DNA from: an uncultured Phycisphaerales bacterium
GTDB lineage: Bacteria > Planctomycetota > Phycisphaerae > Tepidisphaerales > Tepidisphaeraceae
NCBI GenBank assembly: GCA_963844715.1
Contig: CAWJPJ010000007.1
Coordinates: 384,001-448,000 of the forward strand
DNA length: 64,000 nucleotides
Reading direction: 5' to 3'
Below, piece by piece: positions 30,371 to 41,340 of the stretch (its first letter is position 1; each line of letters starts with the position of its first letter). A program made the position numbers and the translations under genes. The notes below the pieces were generated by a model, which saw nothing but the letters and a program-made list of their open reading frames with translations, ran no database searches and was not told where the DNA came from.

Positions 30371-31868
30371 ATGCGAACCAAGTCTGAAATCCAATTCGAT
30401 CTCCCGGGCCCCCGCGGATTCCTTGATCGCGCAGCGCCGCCTCTACGCCCAATTCGTTCACGACCCCATAAAATTCCTTGCCGAAACCTACGAAAATCAC
30501 GGCCCCCTCTCCGGCATGACCGTCGACGACAAACGCATCGCCTTCGCTATCGGACCCGATCTCAACCGACAGATCCTCTCCAACCCCGACCTGTTCTATT
30601 CCTTCGGCTTGACCGTCCCCGGCCCCGCGGCCAGCTCCCAATGGCGCATGGGCTACGGCCTCTTCCGGCAGGATTCCCACACCGGCTCACTCCGAAGAAA
30701 AATGCTCTCGCCCATGCTCAGCCGAACTTCCGTGGAATCCCATCTCCCCGAACTCAGCCGCATTATTCAGGAAATGCTGGCGACGTGGCGCCCCGGCCAA
30801 ACAATCGAAATCACCAACCAGATGCGCGACCTGTCCCTCTCCGCCGCCTGCCGGGTCCTCTTCGGTCTCAACCCCGAAGGCCGCTGGCGAAACATCGGCA
30901 AACCCATCGAACGCTGGATGCGCACCAACTCTTCCATCGGCGCCCGCCTCGCTGACCCCGGCCAACCCACCGCCGGATTCAATCGCATGCTCAAAGACGC
31001 CGGTCGCCTCGAGGAGCACGTCAAGGAACTCCTCGCCACCGCCGGCGGCCGCTCCAACCTCCTCTCCGCTCTCCTCCGAGCCCACGGCCGCGACCACGAC
31101 ACCCTTGACCGCGACGAACTCCTCGGGCAAACCTCCGTCCTTCTTGCCGCCGCCTACGAAACCACCGCCATGGCCCTCACCTGGACCCTTTTCCTGCTCG
31201 CCCAGCACCCCAAAGTCGCCGCCGATGTCTTGAGTGAAATCAATCGCGAATCCCGCGGCGAAATCCCTACCGCACCCGAACTCAACCGGCTGGACCTGCT
31301 GGACCGCGTTATCAAGGAAAGTCTCCGCCTCTTTCCCCCGGCTTGTTTCGGCACCCGCGTGGTCACGTCCCCCACGACTCTCCTGCGCCGCCCCATCCCC
31401 AAGGGCACGATCCTTTTCTTCAGCCACTACATGACCCACCGCCTGCCGGAAATTTATCGCGAGCCGATGCGATTCTTGCCCGACCGCTGGAAGGAACCCG
31501 ACCCGTCCCCGTATGCGTATCTCCCCTTTGGCGCCGGCCCGCGAAAGTGCATCGGCGCCACGTACAGCAAATTCGTCATCAAACTGGCGGTCGCCATGAT
31601 CTTCAAAAAGTACCGCCTCACGGTCCAGCCGGATTCAGTTATCAACCGCTCGATAAAAATCATCCTCTTCCCCAAACGCGGCATCCCGATGCAAATTCAC
31701 CCGCAGGACAATCAGTTCCGCACCACCCCGATCACGGGCAACATCCGGGAAATGATCGAGTTTCCCCCCACGGGGGATCCGGGACAAAGCGGGTCGCGCG
31801 GGTCAGTGACCGTGCACACGCTTGGCGCGCGATGGATCGGTGGATGGGAAATTCAACACAGCAACTGA
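30371..31868 (+). CDS. Cytochrome P450 (frameshift near 30425)
   Basis: LPGPRG N-terminus; I-helix AAYETT; KESLR (ExxR); PDRW; FGAGPRKCIG. Confidence 0.95.
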
Positions 31869-32078
31869 ATCTCCAAGCTGTTGGTTTGGAGGGCTCGGAG
31901 GGAAAAAGAAAATTCGAATTCCAAAAAAGGGGGGGTAATTATTTTCCGTGGGAATTTCGATTCGAACTGATATTGGGGTTATTTTTCTCGCAAGGTGTTG
32001 GGTGGGCTGGGGTTGGGGTGTTTGTTTTATGTTGATCAAACAGTTGCGAGTTGGCCGTCGCGGCGGCCCTTCGGCTAG

Positions 32079-32964
32079 GGCCTGTCTGATGAATCGCTTT
32101 TGGTTATAAATAGCGGTTTTCAGACGAGGTGTCACGGATGCGACGTTATGAGCTCACGGATGAGCAGTACGAGTTGATCGGCGATCTGCTGCCCGGCAAC
32201 GGCAAGCGCGGCGGGCAGTGGAACGACCACCGCACCACGCTCAACGGCATGTTCTGGATTCTGCACTCGGGCGCTCAATGGCGCGAGATGCCCGAACGTT
32301 ACGGCAGATGGCAAAGCGTCTACGACCGCTTCAACCGCTGGAGAAAGGACGGAACGATTGATCGAATCCTCCAGCGGCTGCAGATGAGGTTGGACAAGCA
32401 AGGACGAATCGACTGGGACCTGTGGTGCATCGACGGCACCAATGTGCGAGCCAGTCGATCCGCCGCCGGAGCCAGAAAATCAAAACCGCCCCGGAAGAAC
32501 CGGCGGATCACGCGTTGGGCCGCAGCCGAGGCGGGTGGGGCAGCAAGCTCCACCTGGTTACTGACGGCCAGGGAGTTCCGCTCGCCGTCGAGGCCAGCGC
32601 CGGCCAATGCCACGAGAGCCGGTACGTGGAGCCGGTGATGAACGCGATGCGCATTCGGTCGCCGCCGTCGTCGCCCCAGGAGGCTGGCGGGCGACAAGGG
32701 ATACAGTTACGGAAATGTGCGGCGATGGCTGCGTCGCCACCGAATCCAAGCGGTGATCCCGGCGAAATCGAATCAGCCGCCGCAGGAGAACTTTGATCGC
32801 AAGGCGTATCGCCGACGGAACGTGGTGGAGCGTTGCGTGAATTGGATGAAGGAGAATCGCCGCCTGGGCACGCGTTACGAGAAACTGGCGGTGAACTTTC
32901 AGGCCATGGCCAAGCTCGCCATGATCCGTCGCTATTTCAGGATTTTGGATTCATCAGACAGGCC
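32079..32964 (+). mobile_element. IS5-family insertion sequence (IS427-like group), 886 bp
   Basis: Perfect 17-bp TIRs GGCCTGTCTGATGAATC (32079-32095) / GATTCATCAGACAGGCC (32948-32964); CTAG on both sides (32075-78, 32965-68). Confidence 0.95.
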
Positions 32965-32968
32965 CTAG
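32138..32968 (+). CDS. IS5-family DDE transposase, split near 32475 (probably programmed) and near 32660
   Basis: YELTDEQ..G..WILHSGAQWR.MP.RYG.W; IDGT; LGRSRGG.GSKLH; GDKGY; YRRRNVVER..RYEK; stop codon falls in the target CTAG. Confidence 0.93.
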
Positions 32969-33217
32969 TTGCCAGTTGCGAGGCGGGGGGAGAGGTCGAT
33001 TTTCGGGGTTAATATCGCGGCTGGGGGATCAAAAAAAAGAAAATGCATATGTTGGTAGCAAGAAGATTTAATTTTTGCCGATGGGCGCAAGGGGCGGGGG
33101 GATAAGGGGATGGGAATGAATGGCGAAAAATCGATACATGGATTTTCGAATAATTGATAGTTGCGCATTGGGGGAGATTTTCCGCGCGACAAAGCCCAAA
33201 GACTCCCGCTGGTTCTC

Positions 33218-33556
33218 TTAGGTGAGTTGTGTCTCGATATAGCAGAACAAGGCGATCAGACCCGTCATCCATAGAATCGTTGCGATGCATCCGATCAGGG
33301 CCAGATTTCGGCCTCGCAGATGGGGATGCCTCGACACCCACGTATAAGTCAAACAGCAATAAATAATCACCGGGATACCGATTGCCGCCACACAACCGCT
33401 GCCGACCGTTGAGATGCCGTAGGCTATACCCGTGAGGTGCACGACAAACACCATGATTGGCCCGCAGCAAACTCCCAGGATCACTGCGAAGATGGCTGCC
33501 GTGCTCCAGCGTCGCGTGCTTTCCGTGTGGTAGTCAAGCTGGATCGGGTTGTTCAT
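33218..33556 (-). CDS. Small membrane protein (DUF4190-like C-terminus)
   Basis: LDY leader, three hydrophobic segments, LRGRNLALIG. Confidence 0.65.
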   Translation of the reverse strand: MNNPIQLDYHTESTRRWSTAAIFAVILGVCCGPIMVFVVHLTGIAYGISTVGSGCVAAIGIPVIIYCCLTYTWVSRHPHLRGRNLALIGCIATILWMTGLIALFCYIETQLT

Positions 33557-33945
33557 ATAACAGTTTGGGCGTTTGGCACTGGATCGGCTTAATTATACCG
33601 GTTTCTATCTAACCGGGGATTTTTTTCGGGTGGGGTTTCCGTGCCTCCCGAGTGCGCTGGCTCGAATATGAAAGCGCGTTTTCGATGCGATGATCGTTGG
33701 CTGGCCTGCTGTGATGGATGAAGCCTTTTGCGAATGAGAGAAGGGTTTTGCTGTCTGCGGCGGCAAATGGCAGGGGTTTTCGCCTTTGCGGCGACTTCGA
33801 CGCGTCCTTCACAGCCCGGGTTGAAATGGGGGCCAACAGACGCTTTGAAACTCGAAGGCCGTAGGCTAACCTTTTGCTTACCGCATGAGCCGCAAATCTG
33901 ACAGCGCAGGTGTCGAAGTTGCCTTGTCCGAAACTCTGCGCAAAG

Positions 33946-34977
33946 GTGAAGGGCGAAGTGATTAAACTCGCCGCTCCCGCTAAGGCCCAAAAATATGAAG
34001 AAGGATCACCCGCCTCAGATTTCTCCGACTTCGTTCCTGCGGAAGTCGCCGACCTAAAGGATTCTCAACGGGACATTCCCCGGATAGCCCGCGATCCGAA
34101 ATTAACGGCTCTGATCGAATCAGCGGTTCAGAAGATACCCACCCGCCACTCTCTTTACCGCCGCGATGCGCGCGATTTACGCGACTTCGCCGCGGAAAGC
34201 GTTCACCTGGTTCTAACGTCGCCTCCCTATTGGACTCTGAAGGAATACCGGGATGCCAGCGGGCAATTGGGCCATATCGTCGACTACGAAGAATTTCTTT
34301 CCCAGCTCGACAAGGTCTGGCGGGAATGCCATCGCCTGCTCGTTCCCGGCGGGCGCCTCATCTGCGTGGTCGGCGACGTCTGCCTATCGCGGCGAAAAAA
34401 CGGCGGCCGCCACACCGTCGTCCCTCTCCACGCGTCGATTCAAGAACGCTGCCAGTCGATCGGCTTCGATAATCTCGCCCCGATCATCTGGCACAAGATC
34501 GCCAACGCCGCCTTCGAAGTCGAAGGCAACGGCGGCGGCTTCCTCGGAAAGCCCTACGAACCAAACTCGGTCATCAAAAACGACGTGGAATTCATCCTCA
34601 TGCAACGCAAGCCGGGCGGCTATCGCACCCCCTCCATTCCGGAAAGGGTCCTCAGCGTCATCTCCGCCGAAAACCACAAAAAATGGTTCCAGCAAATCTG
34701 GTCCGGCCTCACCGGAGCCTCAACACGATCCCACCCGGCCCCGTTCCCGCTGGAACTAGCCGAACGTCTGGTACGAATGTTCAGTTTCGTCGGCGATACC
34801 GTCCTCGACCCTTTCATGGGCACCGGAACCACGAATCTCGCGGCTGCTAAATGGGGGAGAAACAGTATTGGCGTGGAAGTCGACTCACATTACTTCAGCC
34901 TCGCCGAGCAGCGAATAAACTCCGGTAGCTCGGATCTTTTTCGTGCCGCGTCCGTAACGGCTCATCACAGCGAATGA
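33946..34977 (+). CDS. Beta-class amino DNA methyltransferase (SPPY, likely m4C); start uncertain
   Basis: VLTSPPYW precedes HPAPFP and VLDPFMGTGTT. Confidence 0.93.
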   Translation: MKGEVIKLAAPAKAQKYEEGSPASDFSDFVPAEVADLKDSQRDIPRIARDPKLTALIESAVQKIPTRHSLYRRDARDLRDFAAESVHLVLTSPPYWTLKEYRDASGQLGHIVDYEEFLSQLDKVWRECHRLLVPGGRLICVVGDVCLSRRKNGGRHTVVPLHASIQERCQSIGFDNLAPIIWHKIANAAFEVEGNGGGFLGKPYEPNSVIKNDVEFILMQRKPGGYRTPSIPERVLSVISAENHKKWFQQIWSGLTGASTRSHPAPFPLELAERLVRMFSFVGDTVLDPFMGTGTTNLAAAKWGRNSIGVEVDSHYFSLAEQRINSGSSDLFRAASVTAHHSE

Positions 34978-34981
34978 CCCA

Positions 34982-35755
34982 ATGAAACTCGACCCGCAGC
35001 TACGCAAAGCCGTCAAGCAGTTCTGGCTAACCCGCGAATCCCAGTCACAGAAGCAAGGCGCCGCGACCGGCCAGCGCGACGCCGGTGCTCGCACCGCCGT
35101 CACCGGCGGCAAGCAGATGAACGGGTTCGTCAATCTAGTTCGAGATATGCTCGTTGCGGGCGGCATCCCCAAGCCTTCCGTCTACTGCGAGAAAAGCGTC
35201 GAGCTTCCGGGATTCTTTCGACCCGAAAAATGTTGGGATCTGCTGGTCGTCGTCGAAGGAAGCCTGATCGCATCGATAGAATTCAAATCCCAAATCGGTC
35301 CCTCGTTCGGCAACAATTACAACAACCGGACCGAGGAGGCCCTGGGCAACGCCACCGACATCTGGGCGGCCTTCCGTGAAGGCGCGTTCAAGCCCTCCGC
35401 CCGCCCCTGGCTCGGCTATCTCATGCTGCTGGAGGAAACTGAAAAGTCCACCGCGCCCGTTCGCCCGCGCGAACCGCATTTCAAGGTCTTCCCCGAGTTC
35501 AGGGATGCCTCTTATGCCAAGCGGTACGAAATTCTGCTCATGAAGTTATTGCGAGAGCGACTCTACGATGGAACTTGCTTTCTTCTCTCGGACCGAATCT
35601 CTGGCCTCCGTGGCGGCTACCGCGAACCCAATCCCGAATTGAGTTTTAGAAAATTCGCCGAAGGATTGCTGGCTCGTGCGGTAGCACATGTGCGTACGTC
35701 GGCGCTCAATCCTGCCGCCCTGAAGAAGGTTAAGGCTAGATCAAGCAAACGATAA
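34982..35755 (+). CDS. PaeR7I/XhoI-family type II restriction endonuclease
   Basis: VTGGKQMNGF; LPGFFRP.K.WDL; EFKSQIGPSFGNNYNNRTEEALG; PWLGYLMLLE. Confidence 0.9.
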   Translation: MKLDPQLRKAVKQFWLTRESQSQKQGAATGQRDAGARTAVTGGKQMNGFVNLVRDMLVAGGIPKPSVYCEKSVELPGFFRPEKCWDLLVVVEGSLIASIEFKSQIGPSFGNNYNNRTEEALGNATDIWAAFREGAFKPSARPWLGYLMLLEETEKSTAPVRPREPHFKVFPEFRDASYAKRYEILLMKLLRERLYDGTCFLLSDRISGLRGGYREPNPELSFRKFAEGLLARAVAHVRTSALNPAALKKVKARSSKR

Positions 35756-35854
35756 CCCGCTCCCACGCCAGCCGATGATGGTGTCTGGGACCATTCATGC
35801 ACCGGGCTGCCAACTAAAACAGAGGAGGCGAGCGGGCTCGCATTTTGGAGCTTT

Positions 35855-37054
35855 TCACACCTCGAGCATGAGGCGGCCGGGGTCTTCCAGGTATTGCTTG
35901 ATCCTTACGAGGAAACTTACGGATTCCCTCCCATCGACCAGGCGGTGGTCGTAGCTGAGGGCTACATACATCATGTGGCGGATTTCGATCTTGTCGGCGA
36001 CGACCATGGGGCGTTTTTGGATGGTGTGCATTCCCAAGATTCCGGACTGCGGGGGGTTCAGGATCGGCGTCGAGAGGAGCGAGCCGAATACTCCTCCATT
36101 GGTGATCGTGAAGGTTCCGCCGGCGAGTTCGTGCAGGGCTAGTTTTCCTTCGCGGACGGCGCCTGCGACGCGTTTGATCTCTGATTCGAATCTTGCGAAG
36201 GACATTTGATCGGCATCCTTCAGCACGGGGACCGCCAAGCCCCGCTCCGTGCTGACGGCTATGCCTAGGTTCACGTACTGGTGATAGATCACCTCATCGC
36301 CGTCGATGAAGGCGTTCAATCTTGGGAATTCTTTAAGTGCCAGGACGGTGGCGCGTGCGAAGAAGGACATGAAGCCTAGGCCGACGCCGTAGAGTTCCTG
36401 GAAGCGTTCTTTGTAGCGGTTGCGGAGATCGACGATGGTTGTGAGGTCGATTTCATTGAAGGTGGTGAGGATGGCGGCCGTGTGCTGGGCCTGGACGAGG
36501 GTTTGGGCGATTCGCTTGCGGATTTTGCTCATCCCCACGCGAGCGACGCCGGAGTTGTCGAATTGGATCGGCGAGCTGTCTGCCGCCGGCGCGGATGACG
36601 GCGCAGCCGCCGGCGCGACGGAGGAACTGGGCGGCCCGGCGGGGATCTCCCTCTTTTTCGCCGCCGGTGCGGCAGGCGATGATCTTTCCGGCGGTTTTTC
36701 CGCAGACTTTTCCGCGGGGGGCGGCGCAGTCTTTTTCGCCGACGGAGGCGCCGATACCGGCGCCGATGTCTGCGCTGCCGGGGCGGATTTCGCTGGGGCC
36801 GCTGGTTTCGTTGCCGCGGCCGCGCCATCGATTTGCGCGATGGCTTCGCCGACGTTTACGGTGTCGCCCTCTTTTTTCAATCGGCGGAGAGTTCCTGCTA
36901 AGGGGGACGGGATGTCGACGTTGGCTTTGTCGGTTTCCAATTCGCAAATGGGCTCGTCGATTTGGACGGCGTCGCCGTCGGATTTGTGCCATTTCAGGAG
37001 TTTGGCTTCCTTGATGGATTCGCCTAGTTCGGGGACGGGAACGGGAGTGGGCAT
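35855..37054 (-). CDS. sucB: Dihydrolipoamide succinyltransferase E2
   Basis: [15 protein letters not shown] lipoyl domain; [23 protein letters not shown]. Confidence 0.96.
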   Translation of the reverse strand: MPTPVPVPELGESIKEAKLLKWHKSDGDAVQIDEPICELETDKANVDIPSPLAGTLRRLKKEGDTVNVGEAIAQIDGAAAATKPAAPAKSAPAAQTSAPVSAPPSAKKTAPPPAEKSAEKPPERSSPAAPAAKKREIPAGPPSSSVAPAAAPSSAPAADSSPIQFDNSGVARVGMSKIRKRIAQTLVQAQHTAAILTTFNEIDLTTIVDLRNRYKERFQELYGVGLGFMSFFARATVLALKEFPRLNAFIDGDEVIYHQYVNLGIAVSTERGLAVPVLKDADQMSFARFESEIKRVAGAVREGKLALHELAGGTFTITNGGVFGSLLSTPILNPPQSGILGMHTIQKRPMVVADKIEIRHMMYVALSYDHRLVDGRESVSFLVRIKQYLEDPGRLMLEV

Positions 37055-37133
37055 TGTTATCTCGCTGCGCGAAGTAAAACGCGCCGCACTGGTGCGGGCG
37101 CTAAATGTTCAATGGGGGTATTGTAGGGAATGA

Positions 37134-39966
37134 TCAGTCGCCGCCCAAGCCGGAACCGGGGGCGATTTTTGCGAGTTCCGGATTCGCGGGTTGCGGGGCG
37201 GCGGCGGGTTTGGGCTCGGGGGCGGGGAGTTCGAGGGCGCGGACGAGGATTTCGGCTTCCTCGGCGTCGCTGACTTTCTTGGAGCCAACCGATGGGCTGG
37301 CGGCTTCGTCGCGGCCGGCGTAGATCAATACGGCGGTCTCGGAAAGCATTGGATCGAGCCGATCGGACATGAACGTCCAGGCGCCGCGATTTCGCGGCTC
37401 TTCCTGCACCCAGCAGATTTCGTGGGCATTGCGGTATTTGGCCAGGATGCCCTGAATTTCCTTTTGCGGGTAGGGGTAAAGCTGCTCGACGCGGACGAGG
37501 GCGACGTCTTCGAGGCCGACGCGTTTTCGAGCGGCTTCGAGGGCGAAATAAATCTTTCCGGAGCAGAAGAGGATGCGGCGGACGCGCTCGCGGTTGGGAT
37601 TGTTGGGGTCGTCGATGAGGACCTGAAAGGAGCCGTCGGTGAAATCGGTCAGCGGGGAGATGGCGTCGCGCAAGTTGGCCTTGGGCATCATCAGAACCAG
37701 GGGCTTGCGGAAGTTCCGCTTCATCTGGCGGCGCAGAACGTGGAAATATTGCGCCGGGGTGCTGGGATACACGACCTGGATGTTGTTCTCGGCACAGGAG
37801 GCGAGGAAGCGGTCGAGATACGCATAGGAGTGTTCGGGCCCGGAGCCTTCGTAGCCGTTGGGGAGGAGCATGACCAGGCCGGACATTTTTTGCCACTTGG
37901 ATTCGGCGGCGACGATGAACTGGTCGATGATCGGCTGGGCTTCGTTCACAAAATCGCCGAATTGTGCTTCCCAAACGACGAGGTTTCTGGGGTCGGCGGA
38001 AGAGAAGCCGTATTCGAAGCCGAGGACGGCCAGTTCGGAGAGCATGGTGTTGACGAAAATGATCGGGGCCTGATCGGGGGAGATATTGGCCAGGGGCGTA
38101 TATTTTTCGCCGTTGTTGTAATCGCGGAGCGCGGCGTGACGATGGGAGAAGGTGCCGCGTTGGGTGTCTTGTCCGACGAAACGGACGGGGGTTCCATCCA
38201 GGACGAGGGAGCCGAGGGCGAGCATTTCGGCGCAGCCCCAATCGACGGGGGTTTTGCCGGTGGCCATGTCGAGTCGGCGGGCCAGCAGGGCCTTGAGTTT
38301 GGGATGGATCGTGAAGGTATCGGGGACGCGGGTGGCGCCTTCGCCGACGGTCTTAAGGATATCCGCGGAGACGGCTGTCTGGGCGGACCAATCGGAGCCG
38401 GCGCGGGAAATTCCTTTCCAGATGCCGCCGAAGGTTCCTCCGGCGGCGCGGCTTGGTTTCGCGGGCTTTGGCGAGGGCTTTGTCGAGGCGCTGGCGGGAC
38501 TCCGCCTTCATTACCTCATATTCTTCGGAAGTGAGGCTGCCTTGCTCGATAAGTCGTTTGGCATAGAGATCGCGGACGGAAGTTTTGGCCGCGATTTCGC
38601 GGGCCATGACCGGCTGGGTGAAGCTGGGTTCGTCCTGCTCGTTGTGGCCATTTTTTCGATAGCACCAGAGGTCGATCATCACGTCGCAGTGAAATTCCTG
38701 ACGGAAGGCGATGGCGAGTCGCCCGGCGTGGAGGCAGGCCTCGGGGTCGTCGCCGTTCACGTGGAAGATGGGGGCCTGGATCATTTTCGCGACGTCGGTG
38801 GGGTAAGACGTAAAGCGGCCCTGGCGCGGGAGGGTCGTGAAACCGATTTGATTGTTGACGATGACGTGGACGGTGCCGCCGGTGCGGTAGTAGGGGAGTT
38901 CGGAGAGGGCCAAGGTCTCGGGGACGATTCCCTGTCCGCAGAAGGCGGCGTCGCCGTGCAGGAGAATGGGGACGACGCGGGTGCGGGTGGCGTGGTCGCC
39001 GAGATAGTTTTGCTTGGCGCGGACGATGCCTACGACGACGGGGTCGACGAGTTCGAGGTGGCTGGGATTGTAGCTGAGGGCGATATGGATTTTCTTGCCC
39101 TCGCGCAGGGCGCGATCCTGGGCGTAGCCCAGGTGATATTTGACGTCGCCGTCGCCCTCGTTGGCGACCAGGGAGATTCCCTCGAATTCGCTGAGGATGA
39201 CTTCGTACGGTTTGTTGAGGACGTGCGCCAGGACGTTGAGTCGCCCGCGATGGGCCATGCCCATGACGACTTCCTGGATGCCGAGGTTTGCGCCGTCGTT
39301 GACCAGGGTATTGAGGAGCGGGATGAGTGATTCGCCGCCTTCGAGGCCGAAGCGTTTTTGGCCCTGGTGCTTGACGGCGAGGAAATCCTCGAAGCCCTGA
39401 GCGGCGACGAGTTCGTAAAGGAGGGCCTTTCGCTCCGCAGGTGTGAGGGCGGGGCGGTTGAGATTGGGCTCCATACGCTGGAGGAGCCAATCGCGCTGGG
39501 TTTTGTCGGAGATATTGGTGAACTCGACGCCGATGGTGCTGCAATAGGTGGTGCGCAGCTTGGCGAGAAGATCGCGAAGGGTTCCGTCGAACGGGCCGAG
39601 GAAATCGCTGTGGGTGACGCGTTTGTCCAGATCGGAGAGCCCGAGGCCGAACTGGCTGAGTTCGAGGAGCGGATGGGTGTCGCGGTTGTGGCCGAGGGGG
39701 TCGAGCTGGGCGATGAAGTGGCCTAGCTCGCGATAAGAATGGACCAGGTTTTTGACTTCAACGCCGGCTTTGGCGTCATGGGGTTGCGGGGATTCCTTGT
39801 CGCTGAAGGCGCCGGTAAGGGAGACGGCTTTGCCGCCGGCTGCTTCGAAACCGGCGAAGAAGGCTCGCCAGTAGGAGTCGACGGAGTCGGCGTCGGCCTG
39901 ATACTGCTGGTAGAGTTGGTCGATGTAGTCGGCGTTTGCCCGGTTGACGAAGTCCAGCGATTCCAT
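37134..39966 (-). CDS. sucA: 2-oxoglutarate dehydrogenase E1 (frameshifts at about 38350-38450)
   Basis: KRFGLEG; GMAHRGRLN; GDVKYHLG; HGDAAF.GQG; GHNE.DEP; GQDTQRGTFSHRH; WEAQFGDF. Confidence 0.96.
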
Positions 39967-39993
39967 GGTAGAGATGAACCTTAGCGACGCACC

Positions 39994-39999
39994 ATTATA
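39994..39999 (-). promoter_or_regulatory. Putative -10 box of sucA
   Basis: TATAAT 27 nt upstream of the ATG; no clear -35. Confidence 0.5.
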
Positions 40000-40358
40000 G
40001 GCTGCAAGTCATCCGTGACCTGCTTTAAGCCGGCGCGGGAGCGAGGAAGATACTATACCTTAACTCGCGGGCAAATGTGTGTCATTGCCCAAAGCGCCGG
40101 TGATCGAACCGACGATCCGGCCTATAGTTACATCGTCCTTTGCAGCCCGCACCCTGAAACAATGCGCAGGCGTTTTTGCAGTAGACACGGCGGACCCCGT
40201 GGACGATGGGAGCGGGAATAAAAACTATATAAGTCATTATTTTATGTGAGGTTATGTGACTGCAAGGTTTAGCTTGGGTCGCTTCGGGCATGGTTTGGGG
40301 GTATTTTCTCTCAGAGAGCGGCGCGTACAATCGGTTTTAGACGATATTCGAACGGCTT

Positions 40359-40898
40359 ATGGCATCTGACTTGATGTATTGTCCTGACTGCGGCGGGCTG
40401 ATCGGTGCGACGGAGACGACCGATGAGGGGCGGCCGTGCACATGTTTTAAGACTTACGCCTCGGCGTCGCCGCCTTCAGACGGGGGAGCGGACACATCGG
40501 TTATGGGGCAGCAGGTGGTCGCCAAGGCGAAGGTATGCTGCAAGTGCGGGAAGGACCTTTCGGGCAAAAAGCGGTTGCGGGACAGCCTGGGATACTGGTG
40601 CGTGGAGTGCCATCGGGCGGACGAGGCGGCCAACGCGCCCAAAGGGGTGAAATGCGCGGAGTGCGGACGAGTCGTGGCGGAGGGGGCGATCACCAATTAC
40701 GACGGGATCAAGATTTGCGGGCGATGTCTTGAAGATCGAAAGGAACAGGCGAAGCGCGACCGGAAGTTCGGCAAGGTGGACGACCGGTCGTTTAAGGAGC
40801 ACGAAAAGCAGCGGCTCTATTTGTTTCTGGGGATATTGGGAGTTTTGTTCCTAATAATTGTGCTACGAGCGTTGCATTTGCTGGGCAATATGTTTTGA
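40359..40898 (+). CDS. Multi-CxxC Zn-finger protein with C-terminal TM anchor
   Basis: CPDC, CTC, CCKC, CVEC, CAEC, CGRC; hydrophobic C-terminus. Confidence 0.8.
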   Translation: MASDLMYCPDCGGLIGATETTDEGRPCTCFKTYASASPPSDGGADTSVMGQQVVAKAKVCCKCGKDLSGKKRLRDSLGYWCVECHRADEAANAPKGVKCAECGRVVAEGAITNYDGIKICGRCLEDRKEQAKRDRKFGKVDDRSFKEHEKQRLYLFLGILGVLFLIIVLRALHLLGNMF

Positions 40899-40914
40899 AT
40901 AGCCGCTCAAGCGA

Positions 40915-41340
40915 ATGCCGCAACTGCTCTTCAAACGGAAATACTTTGAAGCGATTCGACGGGGTCGCAAGATGACGACGTTGCGCCGTTGGAAATCGTG
41001 CAAGGTTCATGCGGGGGGTTCCGCGACGACGCCGGGGCTTGGGGTTCTGAAGATTCTCGATTGCCAAAGGGTGAAGCTCCGGAATCTAAAGGATGATGAC
41101 GCGAAGGCGGATGGGTTTGAATCGCTGTCGGACCTGCGGCAGACGTTGAAGCGGCTGTATCCGAACCTGAAGAAGGACGGGAAACAGTGGTACAAGATTT
41201 CGTTCGAGCTGGTATCGGAGGCGGGGTCGAAAGAGAACGGGGAATGGGGGCTGCGGGGTCAAAAAGCGCGATTGGCGAAGCGGGTTCGGGCCGAGCTTGA
41301 CAAGGCGGTGCGACGCAACGGATCATTGCTCGCTCTATGA
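40915..41340 (+). CDS. ASCH-domain protein
   Basis: LLFK..Y.EAI..GRK.TTLR; DAKADGF..L..L...Y. Confidence 0.85.
   Translation: MPQLLFKRKYFEAIRRGRKMTTLRRWKSCKVHAGGSATTPGLGVLKILDCQRVKLRNLKDDDAKADGFESLSDLRQTLKRLYPNLKKDGKQWYKISFELVSEAGSKENGEWGLRGQKARLAKRVRAELDKAVRRNGSLLAL

Noticed and set aside
31870..33200. DnaA box cluster
   Set aside because: Only scattered 2-mismatch sites (e.g. GGGGGATAA, TGTTGATCA); not enough to call oriC
37191..39330. Long antisense ORFs (also 9005-10288, 27945-29264, 55834-57423)
   Set aside because: Shadow frames of real genes caused by GC-rich codon bias; no motifs
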